Part shown: piece by piece, positions 13,830 to 26,925 of the stretch
Position numbering within the stretch: the first letter of the stretch is position 1
Layout of the letters: each line of letters begins with the position of its first letter
Source: the human T2T-CHM13v2.0 reference genome, Homo sapiens
Direction: 5' to 3' (one strand)
Length of the DNA: 64,000 bases
Assembly (NCBI RefSeq): GCF_009914755.1
Contig: NC_060929.1
The notes under the pieces: generated by a model
What the model saw: the letters and a program-made list of their open reading frames with translations, nothing else
Database searches by the model: none
Told to the model about the DNA's origin: nothing
Translations under genes and position numbers: made by a program

Positions 13830-14430
13830 AAATCGCAGAAACAAATTTTAAATATATTCATCAAGCAAAGTGGGGAGTAGGAGAGAAGGATTGATACTGG
13901 AATTTGCAGGGTAAGCACTAAATTCAGAAATAGCTTAATCCATGTTCAAACAATATTGTGGGTTTCTCCCTCTTTTCTTTATACCCATCCATCATTCAGC
14001 TGGCCTTCCCTGACTTGTGTTAGATGCACTTTCTTGCAGACTTTCTCTATGAGGTGGCCCCTGGCAGTCCAAAGTTACATCCTCACTACCTCAAGGACAA
14101 ACAGGAATCAGAGACAAATGATTTTTTAACCATCTCAACAAAAATCCCATGAGTACATTATCTGCATCATTAGTTCTGGTTTGTGTACCTACATGACCAT
14201 GCCTGAAGTAAGCACACTTGTGTATGAGGGAGGGAAATGAGAGAGGGTTACAATGCCTTAATTGGTCAAGTCTGATATTCCTAATGCTAGAGGTGAATTC
14301 AGCACCACCACAAATAAACCAAGTGAATTCTTATGAAGGAAAGGTTTCTTCTCCAATGAAAAAATCACTATTGTATCAAAAGAACATTATATAGATGCCT
14401 GGAATCTTCCAAAACAGATGCCCATTATAC
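13830..14430 (-). mobile_element. Ancient MaLR LTR (MLT1K/J-like)
   Basis: 'tggcccctggcagtccaaagttacatcctc...aacaaaaatccca...aattggtcaagtctg...aaacagatgcccattata' follows the antisense MLT1K layout. Confidence 0.65.
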
Positions 14431-14789
14431 TGATAAAGGCAGGTTTGACTCCAGATTACCAGTGCTTATTGTAGAAACCCTAGCACTGTTCCAATAATTT
14501 CAGTCAAATCTTCTTCAGCAACAGCTACTTAGTAACTAAACTCTAAATTGCTTTCCAGTGAGCTTTCAATACTTTAAACTACTTAGGTAAATATTATAAT
14601 CTTCATACTGCAGATGAGGAAACTGGAGCATATCTGGGGTTTGTGAATGGCTATAGGGCAAATAGAATGAGGAAAAATTATACAAAGCCATGTCTACCTA
14701 ATGTAATTACCTTACCAATTTAATGAAATCATTCAGCATTCTCTTAAGTCATAAGTCATAAAGCCCATGTCCTATAAGAGCAAGAAAGA

Positions 14790-15080
14790 TAATATAAATT
14801 GATGGAGTGAGCAGGGTAGTGATGAACAAAGTCATGAGTCTGCATATCTTCTCCAAAGGGGACAGCTTCTACTCAGTGCCAAATAGTTGTTATCATGCAA
14901 AAATTCAGGCCGTGTATGCCTAATCTTCTCATTTTTAAAAAAGTGGCTGACTGTCTGATGGTGGTATGAAATTTCCTCATATTTAAAACTCAAAATCTAA
15001 TTTATTGAAAAACAAAATGCAACTCTGTGGGCCACAAAGAAACATTTCTCATGCCATCCATATATGGCCTGCTAATTCCA
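14790..15080. mobile_element. hAT-Charlie DNA transposon remnant (MER102-like)
   Basis: 'gggacagcttctactcagtgccaaatagttgttatcatgc...tatgaaatttcctcatatttaaa...ctctgtgggccacaaagaaaca'. Confidence 0.65.
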
Positions 15081-15470
15081 ATAGCTCAAGACTCTGGCTC
15101 CCACTCAATGTCAACACTGCAGAATTAAGTATGTTTACTCCACCTTTCTCAACCTACTGTTCTGAGAATGAATAAATTCACAGGAGCATTGTGCTGTTTG
15201 TTGGCTAAATGAGCTGCATACATTAATCTTGTTCGTGATCATTTTTCTTTGTCCTCCTCTTTCTTTGCTGCATTGTTATTATATCTCCAAAAATTGTGGA
15301 GTAAAGTGGAAGAAGAGGCAGATAGTATAGAAAAAATTAGGAAGATGATCAGAAAGATTCCATCTAGTTAATATGGAGATAAAAGAGGGCAATAATTTGA
15401 AAAAAAGTTTCAGAGATAGAATCAAAAGTATTTAACTCCTTTGGATAGTTAAGAGAGAGGAATTGTAGGG

Positions 15471-17755
15471 TGTATTTGTCTATTTTCACACTGCTGATAA
15501 AGACATAGCTGAGACTGGGCAATTTACAAGAAAAAAAAAAGAGGTTTAATTGGACTTACGGTTCCACAAGGGTGAGGAGGCCTCACAATCATAGTGGAAG
15601 GCAAGGAGGAGCAAGTCACATCTCACATGGATAGCAGCAGGAAAAGAGAGCTTGTACAGGAAATTCCCCCTTATAATAACCATCAGATGTCATAAGACTT
15701 ACTCTCCATTATGAGAATAACATGGGAAAGACCTGCCCATATGATTCAATTACCTCCCACTGGGTCTCTGCCACAAGATGTGGGAATTCAAGATGAGATT
15801 AAAGTGGGGACACAGCCAAACCATATCATTCTGCCCTGGCCCTCTCAAATCTCATGTGCTCACATTGAAAAATCAATCATGCCTTCCCAAAAGTCCCCCA
15901 AAGTCTTAACTCATTTCAGCCTTAATTCTAAAGTCCACAAGTCCAAAGTCTCATCTGAGACAAGGCAAGTCCCTTCTGCCTATGAGCCTGTAAAATCAAA
16001 AGCAAGTTAGTTACTTCCTAGATACAATGGAGGTACAGGCATTGAATAAATACAGCCATTCCAAACGGGAGCTATTGGACAAAACAAAGGGGCTACAGGC
16101 CCTATGCAAGTCCAGTGGGACAGTCAAATCTTAAAGATCCAAAATGATCTCCTTTGACTCCATGTCTCATATCCACATCACAGTGATGCAACAGGTGGAC
16201 CCATGGTCGTGGGCAGCTCCCTGTGGCTTTGCAGGGTATAGCCCCCCTCCTGGCAGCTTTCATAGCTGGCATTGAGGTCTGTGTCTTTTCCAGGAGCAGA
16301 GTGCAAGCTGTCAGTGGATCTACCATTCTGGTGTCTGGAGGACTGTGGCCCTCTTCTCACAGCTGTACTAGGCAGTGCCCCAGTAGGGACTCTGTGTTGG
16401 GGCTCCCACCCGACCTTTCCCTTCCATACTGTCCTCACAGAGGTTCTCCACAAGGGCCCTGCCCCGGCAGCAAACTTCTGACTGGGCATCCATGCATTTC
16501 CATATTGCCCCGTCTCCCTTATGTTTTTATCAGGTGAAATCTAGGTGGAGGCTACCAAATCCCATTTCTTGACTTCTGTGAACTCGCAGGCTCAACACCA
16601 CATGGAAGCTGCCAAAGTTTGGGGCTTCCACCCTCTGAAGCAACAGCCCAAGCTGTACCTTGGCCCCTTTTAGTCATGGTTGGAGTGGCTGGGATGCAGG
16701 GCACCAAGTCCCTAGACTGCACACAGCATGGGGACCCTGGGCCATGTCCAAGAAACCATTTTCTCCTAAGCCTCCAGGCTTGTGATGGGAGGCCTGCTGT
16801 GAAGACCTTTGACATGCACTGGGGACATTTTCCCCATTGTTTTGGAAATTAACATTCTGCTTCTCATTACTTATGCAAATTTCTGCAGCCAGCTTGACTT
16901 TCTCCTCAGAAAATGGAATGTTCTTTTCTATCACATTTTCAGGCTGCAAATTTTCTGAACGTTTATGTTCTGATTCCCTTACAAAACTGAATGCCTTTAA
17001 CAGCACCCAAGTCACCTCTTGAATGCTTTGCTGCTTAGAAAGTACTTCCACTAGATATCCTAAATCACCTCACTCAAGTTCAAAGTTCCAAAAATCTCTA
17101 GGGCAGGGGGAAAATGTCGCCAGTCTCTTTGCTAAAATATAACAAGAGTCACCTTTGCTCCAGTACCCCAAAACTTCCTCATTTCCATCTGAGACCACTT
17201 CAGCCTAGACTTTATTTTGCATATCGCTATCAGCATTTTGGGCAAAGCCATTCAATAAGTATCTAGGAGGTTCCAAACTTTCCCATATCATCCTGTCTTT
17301 CTGAATCCTCCAAACTGTTCCAACTGTTAGCTAGTTCCAAAGTCGCTTCCACATTTTTGGGTATCTTTTCAGCAGCACCCCACTCTACTGGTACCAATTT
17401 ACTGTATTAGTCCATTTTCATGCTGCTGATAAAGATATACCCAAGACTGGGCAATTTACAAAACAAAGAGATTTAATTGGTCTTATAGTTCCACATGGCT
17501 GGGGAAGCCTCACAATCATGGTGGAAGGCAAGGAGAAGTGAGTCACAGCTTATGTGGATGGTGGCAGGCAAAGAGAGCTTGTGCAGGAAAACTCCCCCTT
17601 ACAATAACCATCAGATTTGTGAGACTTACCCACTCTCATGAGAACAGCATGGGAAAGATCTGCCCCAATGATTCAATTATCTCTTACTGGGTCCCTGTCA
17701 CAACACATGGGAATTCAAGATGAGATCTGGGTAGGGACACAGCCAAACCATATCA
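15471..17755 (-). mobile_element. Complete THE1B (ERVL-MaLR): LTR 15471-15828, internal 15829-17402, LTR 17403-17755
   Basis: Two LTRs tgtatt...cacagccaaaccatatca share the short 'tgggaattcaagatgagat' variant; THE1-int between them; 5-bp TSD taggg/caggg. Confidence 0.96.
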
Positions 17756-17916
17756 CAGGGATTTCCCTGATTTTTACTTCATAAAAATATTAAGGTCAAG
17801 AGGGCTTGTTCAAATCCCTGATTGATTACAGAGATGTACCTGGAACAACCCAGACATTGTTGTGACTTCCAGCTATCAGTTGTCCAGCTCTTTCAAATCC
17901 CCAGAGATACTCAGGT

Positions 17917-17981
17917 TCTCTCTCTCTTTTAGTCTCTCTCTCTCTCACTCTTTCTCTCTCTCTGTGAATGTGTGTGTGTGT
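17917..17981. repeat. (CT)n(GT)n microsatellite
   Basis: Read directly from the sequence. Confidence 0.9.
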
Positions 17982-18085
17982 ATTACACAGTGAGGTGACA
18001 AATGGATAGAGACATGCTGCTTATATTTGTGCCTGATCATATGAAAATATTAAAATGTGGAAAGGAGAATTGATGTTGAGCATAA

Positions 18086-18479
<394 letters not shown>

Positions 18480-18669
18480 CCAAAAGTACTTTAAGGAAAG
18501 ATCTGAATGCCTGTCTATCGGTCTATCTTTCTATCTCTCTACCTCCCTCCCTTTATTTGATCACCTAAAACAGGAGCATGCCTGTAATATTTTCTCAAAT
18601 AATTTATTTTTCATTTCTTTCATTTGAGTAGGAAGGTTTTGCCTACAACTTGGTTTCAATTTCCCTACA

Positions 18670-19035
18670 TTTTCTCCCACACATCACTTTTGTCACAGTC
18701 ATATTAGCCTTTCTCTTTTTGTTCCTGGAACATGCCAAATTATTTTTCACTTGCTCTTTTTACTGCCTGAAATGTTCTTTCCTCAAAATTTCACAGGCCT
18801 GACTATTTCTCCCTATTCAGACACCAGCTCAAATGCCCATTATTATTCAATCTGAAGTAAGTCCAGTCAAAGATTCTGTCCCTAATATTATCTTAAAACA
18901 ATCATCCTATAGATTTATTGCTTCTGTTGTTTTTCTCTTCCACAAGATGGAAAGCTCTATTTGAAAAGTTCTTATCTGTCAACGGCACCATAGCATCCCC
19001 AAATCTAGAAGAGCGATTGACACACTGGTGGTGCA
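18670..19035 (+). mobile_element. L2 3' fragment (distal part duplicated in the 273-bp tandem repeat)
   Basis: 'gttcctggaacatgccaa...tactgcctgaaatgttctttcc...cagctcaaatgcc...gcatccccaaatctagaagagcgattgacacac'. Confidence 0.7.
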
Positions 19036-19383
19036 AAGGTCTTGGAGGGGCCACATCTTTACATCTTCTCCATAAGTGTTCGAGAAACAGAGAGGTGGAA
19101 AAAAAAAGAGAAAAAAGGAGTGGCAGATGATAAGTCCAGTCAATGATTCTGTCCCTAATATTATCTTAAAACAATCATCCTATAGATTTATTGCTTTTGT
19201 TGTTTGTCTCTTCCACAAGATGGAAAGCTGTATTTGAAGAGTTCTTATCTGTCAATGGCACCCCAAATCTAGAAGAGTGACTGACACATTGGTGGTGCAA
19301 AGGTCCACATCTTTACATCTTCTCCATAAGTGTTTGAGAAACAGAGATGGGGGAAAAAAAGAGAAAAAAGGAGTGGAAGATGA
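18858..19383. repeat. Tandem duplication: 273-bp copy (18858-19130) plus 253-bp copy (19131-19383)
   Basis: Both start taagtccagtcaa and end ggagtgg(c/a)agatga; copy 2 has 9-bp and 10-bp deletions. Confidence 0.96.
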
Positions 19384-20834
19384 AGGTCAAAGTATTATCT
19401 ACATCACTGGCTGTAGTATAGTGTGATAAACAAATAGGTCAACTAATTAACACAAGAATTAGGCTGACTCTCTCTACCTGTTTCAGTCAATATCAGCTGG
19501 GTCAGGCCTGATGCAGAAAAATATACTGCTGGAGGATCAAATGAGAATTCATGACTTACAATGAAAAAAGAAGGAGCTGTACTGAGACTGACCAGTTTAT
19601 TCTTCTGGTATCAGATGAGATCACTCTGCTGTCCTAGAGGGTCAGTATGTCAAGAGGCGGAGAGAAGCCAATAGGTACATTAACTGACCTCCTTTCACCT
19701 GGAAAGAAGTGTCTCAAGAGAGAAATTAGTGATATCTCCTAAATAAGAAATCAATAAATATTCTTTGAATAATTTTTTTGTGAACTCATTACAGATGACA
19801 AAATGGAGATGTTGTGGGGTTAAAAGAGATTTTCCCCCAGATTTAAAGCAGGTGTCCTGTTTTCTAGTCCAGTATTTTCATACAACACTGTAATAAAGTA
19901 TTTCTGAATTTAAACTTACTGGTGGCCAGCAAAGGCCACAGGAACTAATAATGAGGCATGAATGAAAGAAAACAGATATGTCCTGAAATTGTAATAGGGG
20001 ACATGAGACCAGTGTTTACATTCCAAGCACCCATCAGTTTGGGATCTAAGAGCCGGTTTTCTCTGCTCATTGGCTGCTCATTTTCAGTGAGTCTCCATTA
20101 CTAAAAGAAGACAAATAAACCATGGATAGAAACTAATCTATCTACACTCAATTAAACTACGACGCACTTAATTTTTTTGCCCCTAAGAGAGTGCAATTAG
20201 TCCCCTTTGAAAATGTATTCCTGTTCCAAGGGAATAGCAGAACCTCTGAAAATGGATGTTGAAAGCAAAAATGTTTTGAAGAAAGTCTCCTCACCCTTTC
20301 TTAACCATCTGGCATTTCAGTTTTCCCTCTTTAGGCCCAACTTCCCCTTGTTCAGTCCCTGATGCCTCCCTAAGATAATTCTCTGCATGTCATTGTTTTT
20401 CTAGTAATAATTTTCTTCTTATTGTTCACAGAGGCACCTAGGCTAAGATCTAAGAATGTATAGAGTCAGAAGTGTACCCTAGAAGTCACCCTGGCTTTGG
20501 AGGACAAAGTTCTGATTTCTAGTTCTTCGTTTTGTAACTCTGGGAAACTTGTTTCACTCTCTCTGGGCTTCAAGGCCCTTATTTTTAATTTGAAGTACGG
20601 GATTTCAGTTAGCAATAGAACACCTGAAACATTTTTTTCATCAAACTCTTAAATAAAAAGCAATAAAAATATGCAACTTCTCTGGTTAAAGTAGAAAGAG
20701 GTTGTGGGGGAAAGGGCAAAAACCAAAGGAAGTCCTTCTCAGGCCGTTAGATGTACAGGGAACAAGCCACTGAACTAAACAATGTCTGATATTCTTTGCA
20801 TTTCTAATAACTCTGATTCCTTTTTAGTGAAATA

Positions 20835-20960
20835 TGGTCTGTAGTTATCAGATAGATCTAAGTTTGAATTCAAGTATCTGTGTGACCCTTGGAAATTTAT
20901 TTAACCTCTCTATGCAGATTGTTTCGTCTTTCGCAAACGGGGGAAGTTAAAATACATTAC
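20835..20960 (+). mobile_element. MIR fragment
   Basis: 'atctaagtttgaattc...ctgtgtgacccttggaaatttatttaacctctctatgc'. Confidence 0.7.
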
Positions 20961-21515
20961 TCTGTTTTTCAAACAAATGTTGGCAAAATACTTTTTCTGA
21001 GACTTTCTTATCTCAACAATATCTTAGCATTTTTTCTGTGTAAATCTTCCTCATCTTTGTAACTGCTCCAAACTATTCCAAAGCATTAATCAAACATAAT
21101 TACCCTTTGCCTTTCTATTGAACTTCAGAATTTTACCATATTTTTTTATTGTAAATAATCTTGCAATGAATATCTGTATGTTATCTACTTCCAAATGTAA
21201 AAGATATCTGGGTTATTTATACGTTTTTCTTTAATTCTTCCCAAAGCTCCATGTGTTAGACAGAATATAATTTTCTATTTGAGAATTGGGACTCAAACTC
21301 AGTTTTTTTCAGACTTCTAGAATATACAACTTTAAAAGAGTTACATTTCTAATAGTGAGATAATCATACTGTGGTCCCTCGCCCCCTGTAGTATTGGAGA
21401 AGACCAGATCTATGGCAGCCGTTTAGTGACTTTTTGGAAAACTTGCAAATTCTGATTGCAGGATTAATTTGAGTTCTGGAGTTTTAACCAGGACAGGCAA
21501 AACTTCAGCATTTGT

Positions 21516-21807
21516 GGTTGGGTGTGATCGCTCATGCCTGTAATCTCAACATTTTGGGAGACTGAGGTGGGCAGATCACCTGAGGTCAGGAGTTCAAGAT
21601 TAGCATGGGCAACATGGCGAAACCCAGTCTCTACTAAAAATACAAATATCAGCTGGGAGGGGTGGTGCATGCCTGTAATCCCAGCTCGTGGGGTTGAGGC
21701 ACGAGAATGGCTTGAACCCCAGAAGTGCAGGTCGAAGTGAGCCGAGATTGGGCCACTGCACTCCAGCCTGGGCAACATGTTGAGATTCTGTTTCAGAAAA
21801 CAAAAAC
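21516..21807 (+). mobile_element. AluS (Sx/Sz-like)
   Basis: Full dimer; TSD aaaacttcagcatttgt (21499-21515) / aaaactttagcaattgt (21808-21824). Confidence 0.96.
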
Positions 21808-22942
21808 AAAACTTTAGCAATTGTTTTTCTATCCATTGTTGGAGGGAAAAACAACAACCACAACAACACCTAGAACAACTTCTGAGTTAAGAGATGGGCA
21901 AAACAATCTGAGTGTAATTTACTCAATTATTTTTAGTTCCACATGAGACACTGACCATTTGGCATTTGGCAAGAGAAGAAAAATTCATTCACGCAACTCT
22001 TGGGAAATGTTAGGAATCTGAAGAACATTACAAACCACGAAGCCAGTATTCTGCATAGATGAAATAATATCCCTGCTAACTCAGTTTCTCACCCTGGATC
22101 CTACCAGCAACTGACACCAATTGTCTTACTACCAAAATTGCTGCAGTCACTTTTCAAGTGGTCTTCATCATGGAACTAGTCCTTTCATAGACAAAGAGTA
22201 CTGAAGCAACAATAAAGTTGAAGCTGAGAGCAAAAACCTAAACAAAACCACTCAAGCAAACAAACATGGCTGCAGTGCATACCCATCTCTAGTGGGGATC
22301 CTGACTCTCATCTATATGAACCTCAAATCTCCTTAAATATTATTTATAGCTTACTCTCTCATCCCTACTTTACTACTTATTTGATTTTATCCATACCCTC
22401 AAATAAGGAAAACAAATCTTATAGTCAATTATTTATCCCAGCTTACACACATCCCATCATTTCCAACTTTTGCAAAGTTACCTTGTTGCATCCTTTCCTT
22501 CCATTTCACTTTACCCACCATTCTCTAGGATGTCATTATCTCATGACTGGATGGATAAACAACATTAGTCTGTCATCAAACTTTACTTTAGTCTTCTCCT
22601 TTTGTAGAATATTCTAATCATCCAAATGAAATTCCCGGAATATATCATAATGTATATATTGTTACAAAGATCCTAAAACACTTGGCTGACTGCAATAAAC
22701 AATCCTATTTACTTTCAAGTTCCTTTATTCTAGGACATAATTGGCCATCTTTGTTCTCATATAAATCCTCAAAATGAGTCTAGCTTTCCTGTCTTCGCTC
22801 CACACTTTTTTATTTTATTCTTTTTTTTTGTAAATCCAGCACATCCCCTCATATTAAATATAAAAAGAAATAACCCTCAAGCTTTGTATTGAGGAAAGCG
22901 AGGGAAGAAATACATAGTGAAGTTACAAAGTGCTTAACTTCA

Positions 22943-24776
22943 GAATAGTGCTGCAATAAACATGGGAGTGCAGATACCTCTTCAATATACTGATTTCCTT
23001 TCTTTTGGGTGTACACCTAGCAGTGAGATTGCTGACTTATATGGTAGCTCTATTTATCATTTATTGAGGAGCTTCTAAACTGTTTTCTATAGTGGTTGTA
23101 CTAATTTACATTCCCACTAACAGTGAATGAGGATTCCCTTTTCTAAACATCCTTGCCAACATTTGCTATTGCCCTTGTTTCAGATAAAAGTTGTTTTAAC
23201 TGCAGTGAGATGATATCTTATTGTAGTTTTGATTTTCATTTATCTGATGATCAATGATGTTGAGCACCTTTTCCTATACCTGTTTGCCATTTGTATGTTT
23301 TCTTTTGAGAAATGTCTATTGAGATATTTTACCTGTCTTTAACTCATAAGTTAAATTTTTTCCTCTAGAGTTGTTTGAGCTCTTTATATATTCTGGCTAT
23401 CAATCCCTTGTCAGATGAATAGTTTGCATATATTTTCTCCCATTCTGTGGGTTGTCTCTTCACTTTGTTGATTGTTTCTTTTGCTGAGCAGAGCTTTTTA
23501 ATTTGATGTGATTCTATCTGTCCATTTTTGCTTTGGTTGCCTTTGCTTGTGGGGTATTACTCAATAAATCTTTTCCCAGAGCAATGTCCTGGGGAATTTC
23601 CCAAATGTTTCCTTTTTGTAGTTTCAGTCTGAGGTCTTAGATTTAAGTCTTTAATCAATTTCAAGTTTATTTTGTATATGGCAAGACATAGGCATCTAGT
23701 TTCATTCTTCTGCATGTGGATATCATTTTCCCAGCACCATTTATTGAAGAGATTGTCCTTTCTCCAATATCTGAATAGACATTTCTCAAAATAAGACATA
23801 CAAATGGCAAACAGGTAAAAGAGAACGTGCTCAACATCATTGATACAACAATCTGAGAAATGCAAATCAAAATTACAATGTGATATCATCTCACTACAGT
23901 TAAAATGGCTTGTATCCAAAAGACAGGCAATAATACATGCTGGTGAGGATATGGAGAAAAGGGAACCCTGTACACTGTTGATGAAAATGTAAGTTAGTAA
24001 AACTACTATGCAGAACAGTTTTGAGGTTCCTCGAAAAACTAAAAAGAGCTACCATACGATCCAGCAATCCCACTGCTGGGTATATACCCCCCAAAAAGGA
24101 AATCAGTATATTGAAGAGATATCTACACTCCCATATTCATTGCAGCTCTATTCACAATAGCCAGGATGTGGAAGCAACCTAAGTGTCCATCAACAAATGA
24201 ATGGATAAAGAAAATGTGGCACAAATACACAATGGTGCACTATTCATCCATAAAATATATGAGATACTGTTATTTACAAAAACATGGATGGACCGTCTGG
24301 CCATTATGTTAACTTAAATAAGCCAGGCACAGAAAGACAAACTTGACATGTTCTTACTGATTTGCGGGAACTAAAAATTAAAACAATTGAACTCATGGAG
24401 ATAGAGAGAGGACAATGGTTACCAGAGGCTGGGAAAGGTAGTTGGAGGTTTAGAGGGAAAGTGGGGATGGTTAATGGGTACAAAAAGTAGTTATATAGAA
24501 TTAATACGATCTAGTATTTGAAAGCACAACAGTCAATAATAATAATTTAATTGTGAATTTCAAAATAACTAAAAGAGTATAATTGGATGGTTTGTAACAC
24601 AAAATATAAATGCTTGAGGTGATGAATGCCACATTTACCCTGATATGATTATTACACATTGCATAACTGTATCAAAATATCTCATTTACTCCATAAATAC
24701 ATACACCTCCATGAATACATACACCTCCTATGAACCCACAAAAATTGAAAATAGAAATTTTTACAAAAAGAAAGAA
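22943..24776 (+). mobile_element. L1MA (L1MA1-3-like) with 5' inversion: antisense 22943-23768, sense 23769-24776
   Basis: Strand switch at '...tttctccaat|atctgaatagac'; L1MA 3'UTR and A tail; outer TSD aaagtgcttaactt (22927-22940) / aaaatgcttatctt (24777-24790). Confidence 0.9.
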
Positions 24777-24969
24777 AAAATGCTTATCTTGGGGAAAATG
24801 GGAGTGTAGGTATCATTTTATATCATTTTTCTACTTTTCTCTACTGTTTACAGTTTTTAGTGGGAAAGCATTTCTTTTATAACACAGAAAAGAAAAAAAC
24901 AGCCATTTTCTTACTTTGCTATCTACTCTCTTCCATCTTAGCATTGGAATTTTTAAAAATATTTGAACA

Positions 24970-25431
24970 TGTTGCTGCACAGAATAAATAACCATGTTTT
25001 CCCGTTTGCTTTACAGTTAGATATGGCCATGTGACTTAGTTATGGCCAATGAGATGTAAAGGGAAATAGTATATACAATTTTGAGAAAGTTGGATCATTT
25101 GGAACTAAAATTGGCTGAAAAAAAAAGGGACTTTTTCTTCTATCTTCCATCTTTCCTTGTCAAGTAATGATATTTTAGAATTCCCACAACCATCTTGGAT
25201 CATGAAGTGAACTTGAAAATAGAAGCACTAAAGAGAGTGATGGAGCAGAACAATAGCAGTCTGGGGCCCTGAATCACAGCGTGGAGCCTTCTTAACTGCT
25301 TCAGCTTATCTACCTCCAGACTTCACTTCTCTTTTTCCAGAGATGGAAAATAAAGTTGACCTTGTTTAGGTGATCATTGCTCTAGTTATTGCTTGTTGTA
25401 TATGCAGAGAAGCCTAAACCTAACTAACGCA
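24970..25431 (+). mobile_element. MaLR LTR (MLT1J/I-like)
   Basis: 'agttagatatggccatgtgacttagttatggccaatgagatgtaa...ccatcttggatcatga...tacctccagactt...aaataaa...cctaactaacgca'. Confidence 0.85.
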
Positions 25432-25899
25432 GGGAGGTAAAAAATAAATCATCATAATGTTGTTAATAATTTAAAGTAATATAATTTATGATCACATAAA
25501 TCAACACACAAACGATTTACATAATTTATTTGTAAGAAGAAAGAGCTAATTATTCAGTCCTGGGACTCCTAGCTTCCAATATCAAATCCACCTTTCACAG
25601 CAGTATGAATTTACTGCATCTATTGAATCTCAGTGTCTTATTCAATATAATAGGGTGTGCAGTTCCCACATTGATCTCTATCTCCTGGCCTTCATTCTCT
25701 TGTGTATTCCTCCCCTTGAGTACAGACTGCAATTATTGTTTCTATTCTGTTCTAATTTATATCTACATTTGTATATGTAGAGAAGCCAAAATCTAAGAAA
25801 TGAGCTTTAGTTAGGTTTAGGAATATACAACAAGCAACAACTACAGCAACAATCACCTAAATAAGATCAATTAGCTCATAAAAGACCATCATTTCCATC

Positions 25900-26302
25900 T
25901 TTCACTTGCTTGCTCTTTCTCTCTCGCTCCTTCTCTCCTTCCCTCCCTCCCTCATTCTCCTTGGCTCCGTTGCCATGAAGAAGAAGCCAGCTGCTATATC
26001 CTGAGCAGCCCTGTAGAGAAGCCCATACTTCATGGCTGAGATCTGAAGCTGTCAGTTCAGCAGCCAGTAAAAAACCTGAAGCCTAATAATCATGTGTGTG
26101 ACCTTAGTGGATCCTTTGGACTCACTTAAGTCTTGGTATGTCTGCAGCTCTCGCTAACAGCTTATGTGAAACCTCATTAGAGACTTTGAGTCACAGAAAT
26201 CCAGGCAAACCACTTCCAAATTTCTGACCACAGAAAGTGTGAGAATATAAATCTTGGTTGTTTTCAGTCGTTAAGTTTTGGAGTAATTTGTTATTCAGCA
26301 AA
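25900..26302 (+). mobile_element. MaLR LTR 3' part (MLT1F-like)
   Basis: 'gaagccagctgctatatcctgagcagccctgtagagaagccca...tttctgaccacagaaagtgtgaga...ttaagttttggagtaatttgttattcagcaa'. Confidence 0.85.
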
Positions 26303-26368
26303 ACATGGTTTAATTGTATTACATAGAGGTATAAGTATCTCCTCATATATATTTATTTTAATAAAACA

Positions 26369-26490
26369 GCTTGAACCCTGGTATTCAAGGCTGCAGTGAG
26401 CCAAGATTGCACCACTACACTCCAGGCTGGATGACAGAGTGAGATCCTCCCTCTTAAAAAATACATATATAAAAAGAAAAAGAAGCAAAA
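26369..26490 (+). mobile_element. Alu right-arm fragment (AluJ/FRAM-like)
   Basis: 'gcttgaaccc...ttcaaggctgcagtgagccaagattgcaccactacactccag...gacagagtgaga' plus A-rich tail. Confidence 0.92.
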
Positions 26491-26698
26491 ATGTTTTTAT
26501 TAAAAATAATTAACAGAAAATTATTTCTGGGAATTTTATCTCTCATTTGCAGAGCATACTCCTCTTTCCACTTTAATTTCTAGATAAAGACTACTAAAAT
26601 GTCTTATTTATCTTTTTTATAAGTCTTATGTTAGTGTATCATGGTCTTAATATAGAGTAGGCATAACAAAAGTTGCTTCACTATGGGCCATGCTTTAG

Positions 26699-26925
26699 GT
26701 AAGAGTTTTTAACCTCAGCACTACTGACATTTTAGGCCAGAAAACTGGCTAATTATTTGTTGTAGGAGAGTTGTATGGAGGATTGTAGGATATTTAGCTG
26801 CAATGCTGGCATTTACACACTAGATATCAACACCATCCCTCCCTCCAAGGTCTGACAATCAAAATTGTCTCCAGAAGTGGTCAAATGTTTCCAAGAGGAG
26901 CAGACAAAATTGCACCTGTTTAATG
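26699..26925 (-). mobile_element. MER20 (hAT-Charlie)
   Basis: 'aacctcagcactactgacattttaggccag...ttgtaggatatttagc...cactagat...tgacaatcaaaattgtctccaga...caaatgt'. Confidence 0.88.

Noticed and set aside
15711-17051. Cluster of overlapping ORFs
   Set aside because: All lie within THE1B LTR/internal sequence and are fragments of a decayed MaLR ORF or antisense frames.
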